Shown here: piece after piece, positions 31,801-32,000 of the stretch
Position numbering within the stretch: position 1 is the stretch's first letter
How the letters are laid out: each line of letters begins with the position of its first letter
Origin: Thermococcus kodakarensis KOD1
Lineage (GTDB): Archaea; Methanobacteriota_B; Thermococci; Thermococcales; Thermococcaceae
DNA: 32,000 nucleotides
NCBI RefSeq assembly: GCF_000009965.1
Contig: NC_006624.1
Span: 30,001 to 62,000, forward strand
Direction of reading: 5' to 3'
Notes under the pieces: generated by a model
The model's database searches: none
Seen by the model: the letters and a program-made list of their open reading frames with translations, nothing else
Told to the model about the DNA's origin: nothing
Position numbers and translations under genes: made by a program

Positions 31801-32000
31801 ACCAGAATCACCTCGAAGGATTTTCGAATCAAAGATTATAAGCTCATCGAAAGAAGTTCTGTTTTATAAAAACCGAAACATTAAGCTGTTGTGTTATCCT
31901 CCAGTGTATCTCGTACTCTCTACGGGGCTCAATATTGGATATCGAGGAGAAACAACATACTTCATGGAAATATCAGCGACTAGGGTTCCGCGAATCTAAC

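Noticed and set aside
31801-32000. Possible gene start (87-aa ORF 31736-31999, ATG at 31964) or RNA gene at the window end
   Set aside because: The ORF overlaps the AOR start in antisense, and the frame from ATG 31964 hits TAA at 31997. No tRNA-like arms or sRNA boxes were found. The region is probably the AOR promoter/leader (near-palindromic GTTTTATAAAAAC at 31861-31873, SD GAGGTGAT at 31807-31814) plus intergenic DNA.

Overview
Dense Thermococcales-type (Thermococcus/Pyrococcus-like) euryarchaeal chromosome segment, with GGAGGTGAT-type ribosome-binding sites, BRE/TATA promoters and oligo-T terminators. Nt ~880-16435 is a complete euryarchaeal archaellum (fla/arl) locus. It holds a small wHTH regulator, a SAM methyltransferase, five tandem archaellin genes (one a 580-aa giant), flaC, flaD, flaF, flaG, flaH, flaI and flaJ. 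A 664-aa surface-anchored repeat protein follows, and its ATG overlaps the flaJ stop. Downstream lie a frameshifted pcm, two HAD hydrolases and a minus-strand mini type-IV-pilin unit (55-aa class III signal pilin plus A24 peptidase). That unit is followed by an H/ACA-like plus C/D box sRNA pair, then two tandem ASCH genes and a stand-alone RAM-domain protein. Next comes a block I recall as syntenic with P. horikoshii PH0459-PH0463: HAD, CDP-alcohol phosphatidyltransferase, trm56, a 532-aa lipoprotein and a DUF62 SAM hydrolase. After it are a small accessory islet (wHTH-MNT/HEPN, VapBC), nadM, a solo cas4-like nuclease coupled to a small membrane protein, taw2 and a tungsten AOR-family oxidoreductase with a small Cys-rich ORF. 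Three C/D box sRNAs, which the ORF track cannot show, can be read directly from box and spacing rules. No rRNA, tRNA, CRISPR array, transposase or integrase was seen. The best candidates for undescribed biology are (1) an adhesion module in the archaellum operon, meaning the giant archaellin with duplicated CBM-like modules plus the flaJ-coupled surface protein, (2) the sRNA-led cas4/membrane-protein unit, and (3) the pilin/peptidase/guide-RNA cluster. All functional calls rest on motif recognition by eye and recalled homologs; no database search was run.
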